This document shows, in pieces, positions 10,118 through 20,203 of a stretch of 64,000 nt of DNA. Position 1 is the first letter of the stretch. Each line of letters starts with the position of its first letter. Position numbers and translations under genes: made by a program. The stretch is taken from positions 448,001-512,000 of the forward strand of contig OY969564.1 in assembly GCA_963701095.1 (NCBI GenBank). The letters run 5' to 3'. The DNA is from an uncultured Methanoregulaceae archaeon (GTDB lineage: Archaea; Halobacteriota; Methanomicrobia; Methanomicrobiales; Methanospirillaceae). The notes beneath the pieces are model-generated. The model searched no databases. It saw only the letters and a list, made by a program, of their open reading frames with translations, and was not told where the DNA came from.

Positions 10118-10596
10118 TGCAGCTCCCCGGTATCCCTTATATGAAACTTAGAGATCTCATCGCTCTTTTTCCTGATCATACCGGAGAATGTCCCGGTTTT
10201 TCTATAGTTTCTTTGATCGTTTTCGTGCATTTTCCTACCTCCGTGCTATTAGAGTGCTTTTTGCAAGAGTTTTCTGATGAATAATGATTCATAGATCCAT
10301 GCGAATAATGTGCATACATCAAGAAGATGTATATATCAAACTCGGTATTGCAAAATCTGAAACAATCTGAAAATTTTCAATATCAATTTTTGAGAAATAG
10401 TTCTATTGCTTAAAAGGGCAAAAAAAACTACCGTCTTAATCAATCTATATTAAAATATAAAGATCCCCAAACGAAGCATCGTTTATTTTTGATTCACATC
10501 CAGGCAGATCGATACGGAATTCCCGGTTACATAGAAAAATGTTTTAAATGAAAGTTTATGATATTTATTGATACGGTAACGGAGCGGTTTTTTACG

Positions 10597-10851
10597 TTAC
10601 TTTTTCTTCAGTCCTGATTGGGCTTCATGCATCGCTATTTTCGTATCAGCCTCATTTTTTGCGATCCGAATCTTTGCATCATCAGATGCTTTGTGGACAC
10701 TGGCCTTTGCCTGATCTGAGATTTTCTCAGTTTTGGTTTTTCCCTTAAGAGCATTGTGTGCGACTACCGATGCATTGTCATACGCAGAATGCGCAGATAC
10801 GCGAGCATCATCAACTGCTTTGTGAGCTTTAACTTTTAAATCGTCCGTCAT
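10597..10851 (-). CDS. Small Ala/Lys-rich hydrophilic protein (LEA/stress-protein-like)
   Basis: Repeating AHKAVDDA / AHSAYDNA / VHKASDDA units at about 11-residue periodicity; GGAG upstream. Confidence 0.6.
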   Translation of the reverse strand: MTDDLKVKAHKAVDDARVSAHSAYDNASVVAHNALKGKTKTEKISDQAKASVHKASDDAKIRIAKNEADTKIAMHEAQSGLKKK

Positions 10852-11156
10852 AACATTTCATCTCCGCTCCAAGATAGGGTTTTTCAATACCCCCAGAGCA
10901 TACTTGCATAGAACGACGTCCTTGATTAATTGCACTTTTATTTGCAAAATTTGGAAAATATTTTATTAAAAATTTTTTGGTTCTCAACCGTCGAAATCCT
11001 GTAAATCTGATGTAGGCACTTCTTATTGTGTTTTGGGGCTCGTCCTCTGCCATAAGAGATCTTTATCAGCCCAGGTATACAAACTTGAAATGTTTATACC
11101 GGTAATTTGGACTGAAAAACAAGCATTAATACCTTAACACAACAAAATTTTGGAAG

Positions 11157-11699
11157 ATGGCCGACACAATTCCAGCCGGTGGTCCGACTCAGGACGAAGT
11201 GATGGCACTTTCATTATTCAAAATGGGTCTTGAACCAGCTGACTGCATGCTGGATCTCGGATGTGGAACAGGTAAAGTCTCAATTGCCGCCGCAGGACAG
11301 GTTAAAAAAGTCTGGGCTGTTGATCGGCGTCTGGAAGCAGTTGCTTATGCAGAAGCTGCAGCAAAAACTGCCGGCCGGGAAAATATTGCATTTTTTTGCA
11401 GTGAAGGTCTTGATTTTCTCAAAACAGCTCCGGTATTCGATTGCGCATTCGTTGGCGGATCGCAACAGATTGAAAAGATTTTACCCATTCTTTCAAAGAA
11501 AGTCAGGCGGGGTATCGTAGTAAATGCTGTCCTTGTCAACACACTTGAAACGGTTATAACTACAATGCAGTCGCTGGGAATTTTCCAGGAGGTTGTGCAT
11601 GTACAGGTTTCCCGCTCGCATATACTTGGGAAAAGTCTGATGTTCAAACCTATCGACCCGGTGTACATTATCGTAGGAAAAGGTGCAGCATGCTCTTAG
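11157..11699 (+). CDS. cbiT: Cobalt-precorrin-6B C15-methyltransferase (decarboxylating)
   Basis: GGPTQDEV, SAM motif LDLGCGTG, AFVGGS; first gene of the cbi operon. Confidence 0.85.
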   Translation: MADTIPAGGPTQDEVMALSLFKMGLEPADCMLDLGCGTGKVSIAAAGQVKKVWAVDRRLEAVAYAEAAAKTAGRENIAFFCSEGLDFLKTAPVFDCAFVGGSQQIEKILPILSKKVRRGIVVNAVLVNTLETVITTMQSLGIFQEVVHVQVSRSHILGKSLMFKPIDPVYIIVGKGAACS

Positions 11700-12294
11700 G
11701 TCTGGGCCTTGGCCGGGAAACCCGGAACTCCTGACGATCCGGGCGGTCAGGCTTCTTAAAGAGGCAGATGCCGTTTTTGTTCCGGGGAGAATAGCTGCTG
11801 ATCTGGTTGCACCGTACCGCACACCAGTTATGCTTGATTTTCCCATGACTGATGATGAGCACCGGATCCGGGAATGTCTGGAATCAAATGCCGAAAAAAT
11901 TGCCCCGGTTGCGCTAAAAGGGCTTGCAGTTTTTGGCATTCTCGGTGATCCTAACTTTTTTTCTACGTTCTCGCGACTCTGTGAAATCATTACAGCCCAC
12001 CATCCCGTCATTGAGTTCCGAACAGAACCTGGGATCAGTTCGATAACGGCATTTGCTGCCGCTGCCAATATTCCCGTTGCGGGAGGGTTTGAAGTGACTG
12101 ATGGATCCAAATCATCCTCCCTTATCCGGCTTAAAGCCCGTCACCCGAAAAAGATCATCGCTAATCTGAAGGAGGAAGGGTACCGGGATTTTATCCTTGT
12201 CGAGCGGATGTTTTTTCCCGATATGAAAGTGTACCGGGGCGATGAGATCCCGGAAAAAAGCGATTACATGAGCGTCCTGTACGCGAGACGGTAA
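11690..12294 (+). CDS. cbiL: Cobalt-precorrin-2 (cobalt-factor II) C20-methyltransferase; apparent 1-nt deletion near the start
   Basis: ATG 11690 gives MLLGLGLG. Restoring one C at 11713 (GGCCCGGG) gives the canonical GPGNPELLT. Later GDPNFFSTF and PGISS. Confidence 0.85.
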
Positions 12295-12296
12295 CT

Positions 12297-13022
12297 ATGG
12301 TAGTCACACCTAAAATCTGGTTTGTTGGGGCAGGACCGGGCGATCCGGAGCTAATTACGGTCAAAGGAAAGGAGTTGGTTAACGCCGCTGACGTCCTGAT
12401 CTATGCAGGGTCACTCGTTAACCCGGTACTTGTTGAAGAATCTGGTGCCCGGATCAAACACGACAGCTGGGGCATGCATCTCAATGAGATTGTTGATGAA
12501 ATGGTTCAATATGCCGTAGCCGGGGAAAAAGTAGTAAGACTACATTCCGGCGATCCCTCGCTTTACGGTGCTATTGTCGAACAGATCGAAAAAATTGAAA
12601 AACGTGGCGTCGATGTTGAGATTGTGCCCGGTGTATCTTCGTTGTTTGCAGCTGCAGCGGCACTCAGGACTCAGCTTACCCTAAAGGGTGTTTCAGAATC
12701 TGTTATTATCACGCGCCCGTCAGGAAAAACTCTTGAAAAAGACCAGATAGAAGCGTTCTCACGCTTTGGCACAACAATGGTAATCTTTCTTGGCACAGAA
12801 AAGCTCAATGAGATCACCGCAAAACTGGCGTGCCCCGATGATACGCCAGCAGCTGTTGTCTATCATGCCTCATGGCCTGACCAGAAGATTGTCTTGGGTA
12901 CCGTAGCAGATATTGCGTCAAAGGCACATGATGCCGGCATAGAACACACGGCATTGCTTCTCATTGGGGACGTTGTTGGCGAACGAAAAGCGGGGCATAT
13001 AACCTCCTATCTTTACTCATGA
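12297..13022 (+). CDS. cbiF: Cobalt-precorrin-4 C11-methyltransferase
   Basis: FVGAGPGDPELITVKG, YAGSLVN, RLHSGDPSLYGA, ASWPDQ. Confidence 0.92.
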   Translation: MVVTPKIWFVGAGPGDPELITVKGKELVNAADVLIYAGSLVNPVLVEESGARIKHDSWGMHLNEIVDEMVQYAVAGEKVVRLHSGDPSLYGAIVEQIEKIEKRGVDVEIVPGVSSLFAAAAALRTQLTLKGVSESVIITRPSGKTLEKDQIEAFSRFGTTMVIFLGTEKLNEITAKLACPDDTPAAVVYHASWPDQKIVLGTVADIASKAHDAGIEHTALLLIGDVVGERKAGHITSYLYS

Positions 13023-13890
13023 CAGACACCGTCGTGATCTCACTCTCCCGATTTCTGCCGGACGCCCGGAGGATCGCGGCGTTCCTCGATGCAGATATAC
13101 GTGAATACCATGCCGGTATTTTTGCTGAAGTCTTTCCGGAGTTCCGGAGAATTGTCGCATTGATGTCCATGGGCATTGTTGTCCGATGTATCGCCCCGCA
13201 TTTTAAAGATAAATGGGTCGACCCGGCAATTGTCGTGGTGACTCCTGATTTTATATATGCTATTCCTGTACTTGGAGGTCATCATGGGGCAAACGACCTT
13301 GCAAAAGAACTTGCCGGACTCGGGCTTACGCCAGTAATCTCGACAGCGACAGAATCTACAGGACGGGATTCAGTAGAATCTATTGCCTGTCGCAGTGACT
13401 GTGATATAATCAACCGGGATTCGACCGGGTAGTTAATGCAGGAATACTGGACGGAAAAACGAAAATTTATACTGTTCCGGGCCCTGGGATCATCCTTGCA
13501 GGTCCAGACGTATCAATACTCGTGCATAAGGGTGAATACACTATCGGGATAGGTTGCCGGAAAGATGTATCTGCTGAAGAGGTAACTCAGGCAATACATG
13601 AAGCACTGTCGCATGCCGGTATTACCTTGAAGGAGGTTATGATCTTTGCAACTACCGCAAAAAAATCTGACGAGGGCGGTCTTCGCGAAGCTATTGCCGC
13701 AATCCCTGCCAATTTAATATTCCTTGACGATGACATTATTAATGCTGAAGTACCCTCAACACCGTCTAAGGCAAAAAAGATAGGCCTTGTCGGTGTTGCA
13801 GAACCGTGTGCACTTGCAGTTTCTAAACACCGGGATATGATCATGAAAAAGAAAGTTTTCGGGAAGGTGACCATTGCAATTGCCCGCTGA
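13019..13890 (+). CDS. cbiG: Cobalt-precorrin-5A hydrolase; apparent 1-nt deletion at about 13425
   Basis: N-terminal part has GIVVR..DKWVDPAIV..LGGHHGAN..ISTATE. Restoring one C (ACCCGGG) gives DSTRVVNAG...LVHKGEY, joining the C-terminal GIGCRK...GVAEPCAL...KVTIAIAR. Confidence 0.88.
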
Positions 13891-14662
13891 ATATTCGTCA
13901 CATGGTCTCTGGATTGTAGGGTTAGGCCCTGGAAGATCAGAGTACATGACCAGCCGGGCTGTCGAAGTACTTTCCCATGTGGAATATGTGATTGGAAATG
14001 ACAGTTATCTCGATGCGATCGAACCGCTTCTTGAAGGAAAGCAGGTTATCCGGAGTTCCATGGGAAAAGAAGTGGATCGGGCCAAAAAAGCTATCCAGCT
14101 CGCCCAAGTTCATCCGGTAGCTATTGTTTCTGGCGGTGATGCTGGTGTTTACGGAATGGCCGGTATCGTCCTTGAGGTTCTCGAACACGAAGGTGCAATA
14201 ATTCCGGTAGAAATCGTCCCTGGAGTGACTGCTGCAAATGCGGCCGCTTCCGTTGTAGGATCTCCCTTATCAGGGGATTTTGCGGTAATAAGTCTCTCCG
14301 ACATTCTCACTCCTCTTGAGGTAATAGAAAAAAGGCTCGACGCCGTTTTTTCTGTCGGTATTCCGGTGGTTATCTATAACCCACGAAGCCACGGCCGGCC
14401 GGATAATTTCGCGCTTGCAATGGAGCATGCCAGAAAATATTACCCGCCCAGTGTTCCGATCGCGATTATAAAAAATGCCCTTCGCAACCAAGGAAGCGAC
14501 CCGGTTACAACGACTCTTGGGGAGATCGGGAATTGTATCGAGGAAATCGATATGCACACGACCGTCATTATTGGCGGCACAGAGAGTAGGATATGGAGGA
14601 TGGGAAATAATGTCAAAGGAATCATCACGCCACGCGGGTACCACCGAAAATACGTATATTGA
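13874..14662 (+). CDS. cbiH: Cobalt-precorrin-3 (factor III) C17-methyltransferase
   Basis: VGLGPG, VSGGDAGVYGMAG, PGVTA, ISLSDILTP, YNPRS and C-terminal TPRGY. Confidence 0.92.
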   Translation: MQLPAEYSSHGLWIVGLGPGRSEYMTSRAVEVLSHVEYVIGNDSYLDAIEPLLEGKQVIRSSMGKEVDRAKKAIQLAQVHPVAIVSGGDAGVYGMAGIVLEVLEHEGAIIPVEIVPGVTAANAAASVVGSPLSGDFAVISLSDILTPLEVIEKRLDAVFSVGIPVVIYNPRSHGRPDNFALAMEHARKYYPPSVPIAIIKNALRNQGSDPVTTTLGEIGNCIEEIDMHTTVIIGGTESRIWRMGNNVKGIITPRGYHRKYVY

Positions 14663-15275
14663 TCCAGGTGCAACGACGCCGGAAGCATACGAGATCTCGA
14701 AAACATCCCGTACGCTTGCCAGGAAGATGGTCGGGAATGTGACGACAGAAGACCGCGTACGTCAGCGGTGTTCGGTAGCCGTGGGGGATTTTGCGATGGC
14801 AGACCTTTTGAGATTCAATAGCGATCCGGTAGAAGCAACGGTCGAGGCTCTCAGGAACGTTGCAGTGATCATCACTGACATTCGCATGGTCCATGTCGGT
14901 ATCCAGAAAAAGGGACATCGTTCTGAGATACTATGTGCCCTCGATTATGGTAGTGAAATCGCTCAGAAGCGTGGCATTACAAGAAGCTCTGCAGGTTTTA
15001 TCGCACTCCGCGACAGGCTTCCAGGATCCATTGTTGTTATTGGTAACGCACCTTCTGCCCTTCTCACGGTGTGCGATATGGTAAAAGAAGGCATTCATCC
15101 GGCGGTCATTATCGGGGCTCCTGTCGGCTTTGTTAACGCGGCGGAATCAAAAGCCCTCCTGCGGACGTTAGATGTACCCTCTGTTTCCACAGAAGGGACC
15201 CGGGGAGGGACACCGGTAGCGGTCGCGGCGATCAATGAATGTATTACCCTTTTGATCGAGGAATTGACTGCATGA
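14610..15275 (+). CDS. cbiC: Cobalt-precorrin-8 methylmutase
   Basis: TRSSAG, IGNAPSAL, PVGFVNAAESK, GTRGGTPVAVA. Start placed at ATG 14610, overlapping cbiH. Confidence 0.88.
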   Translation: MSKESSRHAGTTENTYIDPGATTPEAYEISKTSRTLARKMVGNVTTEDRVRQRCSVAVGDFAMADLLRFNSDPVEATVEALRNVAVIITDIRMVHVGIQKKGHRSEILCALDYGSEIAQKRGITRSSAGFIALRDRLPGSIVVIGNAPSALLTVCDMVKEGIHPAVIIGAPVGFVNAAESKALLRTLDVPSVSTEGTRGGTPVAVAAINECITLLIEELTA

Positions 15276-16276
15276 GGGACCCGGTCACCGGTTTTATCTA
15301 TCCCAAAGACTGGGTGGAAAAGGTCACCGATTCTCAATCACTTGAACTCGTTGAGCACGGATTTGCAGTGCTGACTGCATCGGGTATGTTCCTCAGGCGA
15401 GGATTCACCACCGGGACCACTGCGGCTGCCGCATGTAAGGCTGCTATCCTCTCTCTCTCCGGTGACGTGTCACAGGTAACTGTAAAACTTCCCTGCAGCC
15501 TCGTGGCGGATCTTCCTGTTACAACACACGCCGGGAGGTCATCATGCAGGAAATACGCGGGAGATTATCCTTCGGACGTGACTGCAGGTATTGAGTTTGT
15601 GGCAGAAGCCGTTATTTCCGAAAATGACCTCTCCCTTGTTCCGGGCACAGGTATTGGTAGGTTTGTAAGAGATACTCCTCGGTACCGCAAAGGTGCGCCG
15701 GCTATAAGTGAAATCCCCTTGGCCTGCATCCTGTCTTCTATGCAGGAAGCACTGAGGGAGACCGGTCTTACTGGAGTTACAGTTACGCTCTCAATACCTG
15801 ACGGCGAATGTATTGGAAAAAAAACGCTTAATCCCCGGATCGGCATTGAAGGCGGGATCTCGGTGCTGGGGTCAACCGGGCTTGTCGAACCATGGGACGA
15901 TCATCTCGAAGAGTCTGTTCTTTCCCGGATAGCCGCTGCAACCCATGTGGTCATTACTACTGGCCGGATCGGTCTTCGCTACGCCCGTCTTCTTTTCCCG
16001 GATTCTGAAGTTGTGCTCGCCGGAGGAAAAATCGGAGAAGCATTATCGGTTGCGAAAGGGGATATAATCCTCTGCGGTCTTCCGGCCCTGATCTTAAAAT
16101 ATTTAGACCCGCATATCTTGGATGGAACAGGGTTTGAAACTGTGGAAGAACTGGCAGCATCGGGAATTTTCCTGAATGTTGTGGATCCAATCCTTGGAGC
16201 TTTCAGGAAAAAATATCCTAAAATCCGGGTAGTCCTGATTAACAGGGAAGGAAAAATTATTGCGGAGAGTCCATGA
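15272..16276 (+). CDS. cbiD: Cobalt-precorrin-5B C1-methyltransferase
   Basis: LRRGFTTGTTAAAACKAA, KTLNPRIGIEGGISVLGSTG; ATGA overlap with cbiC. Confidence 0.92.
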   Translation: MRDPVTGFIYPKDWVEKVTDSQSLELVEHGFAVLTASGMFLRRGFTTGTTAAAACKAAILSLSGDVSQVTVKLPCSLVADLPVTTHAGRSSCRKYAGDYPSDVTAGIEFVAEAVISENDLSLVPGTGIGRFVRDTPRYRKGAPAISEIPLACILSSMQEALRETGLTGVTVTLSIPDGECIGKKTLNPRIGIEGGISVLGSTGLVEPWDDHLEESVLSRIAAATHVVITTGRIGLRYARLLFPDSEVVLAGGKIGEALSVAKGDIILCGLPALILKYLDPHILDGTGFETVEELAASGIFLNVVDPILGAFRKKYPKIRVVLINREGKIIAESP

Positions 16277-16878
16277 AAATCGTTGGTGTCGGGTGCGGCC
16301 CGGGAATGCTTACCGAACAAGCGACTCAGGTTATCCGGTCGGCCAGGTTTATTTACGGGTCAAGTCGGGCTATCGATATGGTACAAAAACTTATCCCGAA
16401 GAACTGTACTGTGCGGTCTATCATCGATTACCGGAACCTTTCCCAGATTCCTGAAAATGCGGTGATCCTCTCAACAGGCGATCCCATGCTTGCAGGTCTT
16501 GGATATCTGGCCGGTGAAGTGATACCCGGTATCTCATCACTCCAGGTTGCAGCTGCCCGGTTGCATATCCCACTTTCCCGGGTAGCAGTCATTGTTGCCC
16601 ACGGCAGAGGACATGACCGGGCAATGGAAGAAACCATTGAAGAACTCCGAAGAGAAAAAATCGTTTTTTTGATCTCAGATCCCAAGTTTGACGTTAGAGA
16701 ATTATATCGGCGTCTTGGATCTATGGGTCTTTCTATTCCGGTCAGGATTGCGGTCTGCGAAAATCTCGGATACCCGGACGAACAGATTTTAACCGGCGAT
16801 ATTGTTTCTCCACCCTTTCCTGATGCAGATCTCTATTCAATGGTTCTCGGTCAGTTTGAGGTATCTGGTAAGCGGTGA
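16273..16878 (+). CDS. cbiE: Cobalt-precorrin-7 C5-methyltransferase
   Basis: IVGVGCGPG, STGDPMLAG, PGISSLQVAAARL, ENLGYPDE. Confidence 0.88.
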   Translation: MKIVGVGCGPGMLTEQATQVIRSARFIYGSSRAIDMVQKLIPKNCTVRSIIDYRNLSQIPENAVILSTGDPMLAGLGYLAGEVIPGISSLQVAAARLHIPLSRVAVIVAHGRGHDRAMEETIEELRREKIVFLISDPKFDVRELYRRLGSMGLSIPVRIAVCENLGYPDEQILTGDIVSPPFPDADLYSMVLGQFEVSGKR

Positions 16879-16940
16879 CCGGTGAAAGATTATGCTTTGG
16901 CAGTGATGGCTATTTATCTTTAATAAAAATAAGAAAAGAT

Positions 16941-17132
16941 ATGAATGTTCAGAACCTCAGAAGCCCGAAGGTTAAGGCAGTATTACTTGGAATCATTGTT
17001 GCATTCATTGTAACCGAGATAGGTACTCCTCTTGGGTTTGCTCTTGTTGTAGGCATTATTTTTGGCCTGATTGCCTATATTATCCTGAATGATTCAAATA
17101 AGATCGGAAAATTTGGGAAAAAATCTATGTGA
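16941..17132 (+). CDS. Small two-TM membrane protein
   Basis: Two hydrophobic segments with basic ends; ATG 16941. Confidence 0.5.
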   Translation: MNVQNLRSPKVKAVLLGIIVAFIVTEIGTPLGFALVVGIIFGLIAYIILNDSNKIGKFGKKSM

Positions 17133-17285
17133 AAGGGACATTTTCATTGATATTCTGATCTTTCAGGGACTCAAATTGTTATCTCAGAACTCGAAAATAG
17201 CATAAATAATACAATTGGCCTTTCAAATTCAAGCCAAAAACTCTTTTACGGGAGGGAATCAAATGAATTGTTTAAGGAGATTTTG

Positions 17286-17480
17286 ATGAGTTCACAAAAA
17301 TCGTCGTCTTCCATCTCTAAATCGCAGTTGAGCTATCTTTTTTTTATCCTTGGTATAGTCCTGTTAATTATCCCGGAACTTAATGGTCTGGATTTTCTCC
17401 CATCAGAAATCCGTTCAATTTTTTCCGTATTGTTTTATCCGGGATTATTATGTGTTATTATCGGTTTCCTGCTTAAATAA
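17286..17480 (+). CDS. Small two-TM membrane protein
   Basis: AAGGAG before ATG 17286; two hydrophobic segments. Confidence 0.5.
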   Translation: MSSQKSSSSISKSQLSYLFFILGIVLLIIPELNGLDFLPSEIRSIFSVLFYPGLLCVIIGFLLK

Positions 17481-17500
17481 GAACCGGGAAAACAAGTTTT

Positions 17501-18037
17501 TTACTTTTTGGAAGACGATTTCTCTCCCTCTTTTTCCTTGGATGCCTGCTTTTTCTCAATCTTTAATTCGCATTGCCTTTCACCGGTGCACATTGTGCGG
17601 ACGTACCGTGCCGTGTAGTTTGTGTTTAGAAGAGGAACCGTCGTGAGGGTCAGAGCCATACAACGGGAAAACGTATGTTCGTGATCGACGGCAAGTGAAT
17701 GACTATGAACCAGGAACGGGCAGCGTTTAATAAGTAATACAGCACCATCATCAGCAAGTTCAATGATCTCCCCGCCATATTCAGGACCGAAAAGGATGAT
17801 CGTTGCCTGCTGGATACTACGGGCGATCTCCGGGGCAGTTTTCACTGGGAGGGAACAAATCTGTACGATCTCCCGGACCATCCGGGCGACCTCCATCCAG
17901 ATTTCGCGTTCTAATGCATCGTATTTGTTTCCGAGCACTTCTCGGAACGCGATCTCATAAAGCGCCGGGAGTTTTGCGGCACATTCAGCGGCAAATTTCC
18001 AACGAACTGCATCTGGAACGTCCTTTAAATCTGGCAT
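17501..18037 (-). CDS. Conserved hypothetical Cys-containing protein (V4R / ATC-hydrolase-like fold suspected)
   Basis: IKRCPF...C...MCTGERQCE pattern. Confidence 0.6.
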   Translation of the reverse strand: MPDLKDVPDAVRWKFAAECAAKLPALYEIAFREVLGNKYDALEREIWMEVARMVREIVQICSLPVKTAPEIARSIQQATIILFGPEYGGEIIELADDGAVLLIKRCPFLVHSHSLAVDHEHTFSRCMALTLTTVPLLNTNYTARYVRTMCTGERQCELKIEKKQASKEKEGEKSSSKK

Positions 18038-18195
18038 GATTTTCCTACGGAGGTATAGGAAAGGGGGTCATATCAATTTGGCGATGGGCAGATAACTGTT
18101 TAGTACCTGTGTATAGCACGACTGAAAAGAAGATGAAATTGTTATAAAAGAGATTGAGAAAACTGCCACGGCTAAAGATCCTTTGACGGTTTTTT

Positions 18196-18504
18196 TTATT
18201 GAACAATAGAAGGAATGACATCATCTGAAATGATATCTTGTCCAATTATCGCATCAGACACTTGTTCGCTTCCATAACGCCAGGAAAACCAGTTCTGCTC
18301 CCATTCGGGATTTCTTGATTTAAGCAAAAGCAAAAGTTGCACTTTAATATCCTGTGTTGTCATCCCATCATGTATATCGCCCGAAATTTGCTCTGCAATA
18401 TCCCTTGCGATATTCAGAGGAGCTCCACTTTTTATGGCGCTCACGATGACCTTTTCTGGAATAAATGCCTCCATTTGACCGTTCATTTTCTCAATCATCA
18501 CCAT
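18196..18504 (-). CDS. Stand-alone ATP-cone domain protein
   Basis: MVMIEKMNGQMEAFIPEKVIVSAIKSGA...GMTTQDIK; start at 18504 preferred. Confidence 0.7.
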   Translation of the reverse strand: MVMIEKMNGQMEAFIPEKVIVSAIKSGAPLNIARDIAEQISGDIHDGMTTQDIKVQLLLLLKSRNPEWEQNWFSWRYGSEQVSDAIIGQDIISDDVIPSIVQ

Positions 18505-18625
18505 AAAATTGACCCCTTTTGTCGGACATAGGATGAAAAATGATATATAATTACGTTTACTCTTCAGATTTTGAGACAAAAAATGAAACGCCCGGGATAC
18601 CAAATGGCTGAATTTTAATCGCACG

Positions 18626-18640
18626 GCAATGCTGCATTGC
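18626..18640. promoter_or_regulatory. Perfect palindrome between divergent genes
   Basis: GCAATGC-T-GCATTGC. Confidence 0.35.
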
Positions 18641-18691
18641 ATTGCTTCATAGAGTACCTACCGTTAATTGCCATTGTCAAGGAGGAGATTT

Positions 18692-18862
18692 ATGGTATCA
18701 TTCAAATGTTCAGAAATAGGACTTGATTGTCAATACGAAATTATGAGTGAGAGGGAGAATGATTTGCGAAGAAAGATTCTGGATCATATCCATGATTCAC
18801 ATCATGAAGGGGCTTGTCCTCCCGAGGTTTTAATGAAGATACAGACCGTTATTCATCAATGA
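18692..18862 (+). CDS. DUF1059-like small metal-binding protein
   Basis: FKCSEIGLDC...DHIHDSH; GGAGG ribosome-binding site before ATG 18692. Confidence 0.8.
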   Translation: MVSFKCSEIGLDCQYEIMSERENDLRRKILDHIHDSHHEGACPPEVLMKIQTVIHQ

Positions 18863-18966
18863 ATTACGATTTCCTTTTTTTATATTTTCCTCATAAATGT
18901 CAGTATATCTTTTCCGGATAAAAAAGTCCTCACGTAACAAATTGTAAAAAATAATACTCTGCTAAA

Positions 18967-19911
18967 TTATGCAGCTGAAGGAATTCTATGAATATAATTT
19001 TCAAATTTTTGCTGAGACCGGATATTTTCACATATCTGCAGATTTTTCAAGGCCTGTTCGGCAGTAATGGGGAACTGACGTTCATCGGATACACAACTGA
19101 CAAATGTATTTAATTCATCTTTTAGGGATTCTGACTTATTGATCAGTACTTTCTCTATAACGTTATCCTGGACATACCGGCAATTTTCCATTGAATACTG
19201 ATCTGGTTTCCGGTAGATGGAAATTTCCTGTGTCATGAGATCTGCTTCAATGGTATAATTCTCCTCTTCGACATAAATCATTCTTATCTTCTTGGAAGAT
19301 TTCCTGCTTGCCGAAAGGTACACCGGTGTTTCATCGAAATTAAAAAGGGCTGTGCATACGTCCTGGTTTCCAGCACTATATAAAGTTGGTTGACCCGTAA
19401 AAAGGAGATTGAAAATAATATCAATATCATGGATCATAAGGTCTTCGACGACCGAACCGTCTACAACTCTTGCCGATGCCGGATTATGCCGTTTAATCTC
19501 AACATACAGAGGTTTTTTTAAGATCTTGGCAATTTCTTTAACGACCGGATTGAATCGTTCTATATGGCCTACTCCAACAATAGCATTTTCTGGTATAATA
19601 TTGACCAGTTTTTGCGCTTCATCAACAGTCTGGCAGATCGGTTTTTCGATAAGGATTGGTATGTTATGGTCGATTAAATTTTTCGCAATATCAAAATGAT
19701 ATTTGGTAGGAACGCACAGGCTCACTGCATCAACACAGGATTCAAGTTCTGCAAGAGTATCGCAGGCAAATGCATTATTCATTTTAGCCACGTTTTCTGT
19801 TGCAGCCCGGTTTGAATCAAACAATGATACAGAATCTACCGATTTCATTTCTGAATAGATTCTGGCATGATTCATCCCCATGGCTCCTACACCGATTACA
19901 CCAATATGCAA
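18967..19911 (-). CDS. Gfo/Idh/MocA oxidoreductase (WbpB/WlbA-like nucleotide-sugar 3-dehydrogenase)
   Basis: GVIGVGAMGMNHAR, LIEKPI, VGHIERFNP, DLMIHDID. Confidence 0.85.
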   Translation of the reverse strand: MHIGVIGVGAMGMNHARIYSEMKSVDSVSLFDSNRAATENVAKMNNAFACDTLAELESCVDAVSLCVPTKYHFDIAKNLIDHNIPILIEKPICQTVDEAQKLVNIIPENAIVGVGHIERFNPVVKEIAKILKKPLYVEIKRHNPASARVVDGSVVEDLMIHDIDIIFNLLFTGQPTLYSAGNQDVCTALFNFDETPVYLSASRKSSKKIRMIYVEEENYTIEADLMTQEISIYRKPDQYSMENCRYVQDNVIEKVLINKSESLKDELNTFVSCVSDERQFPITAEQALKNLQICENIRSQQKFENYIHRIPSAA

Positions 19912-20203
19912 TCTTTCACGCTCCTTTGAAAATACTTCATATAATCAGAGCCGGATTGTTCTCCGCCAGATATGTCATTCATCGTCTCCCCCTTCTTTTG
20001 ATAAACATTATTTTAAGATATGCCTTGCTCCGGTGCATGGCAAATTATTATATATGGAATTAAAGTCTGCCAAGCAAAAGAAAAGTCTGCAACATATAAA
20101 ATTTTAAATATTACAGAGTTGAAGGATGCTTTGCATTGCGACACCCTTCTCATAAGAGAAGGAATCAGTGCGGATGTAATATTCCCGATTTCGAATTTAA
20201 AGA

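Noticed and set aside
10900..11156. Cobalamin riboswitch upstream of the cbi operon
   Set aside because: No B12-box or GGGAA-type conserved elements are recognisable; the region is AT-rich promoter-like DNA.
11690..13890. cbiL and cbiG as true pseudogenes (loss of de novo cobalamin synthesis)
   Set aside because: Each has a single 1-nt lesion in the same CCCGGG context with otherwise intact motifs and an intact operon. A consensus error is more parsimonious.
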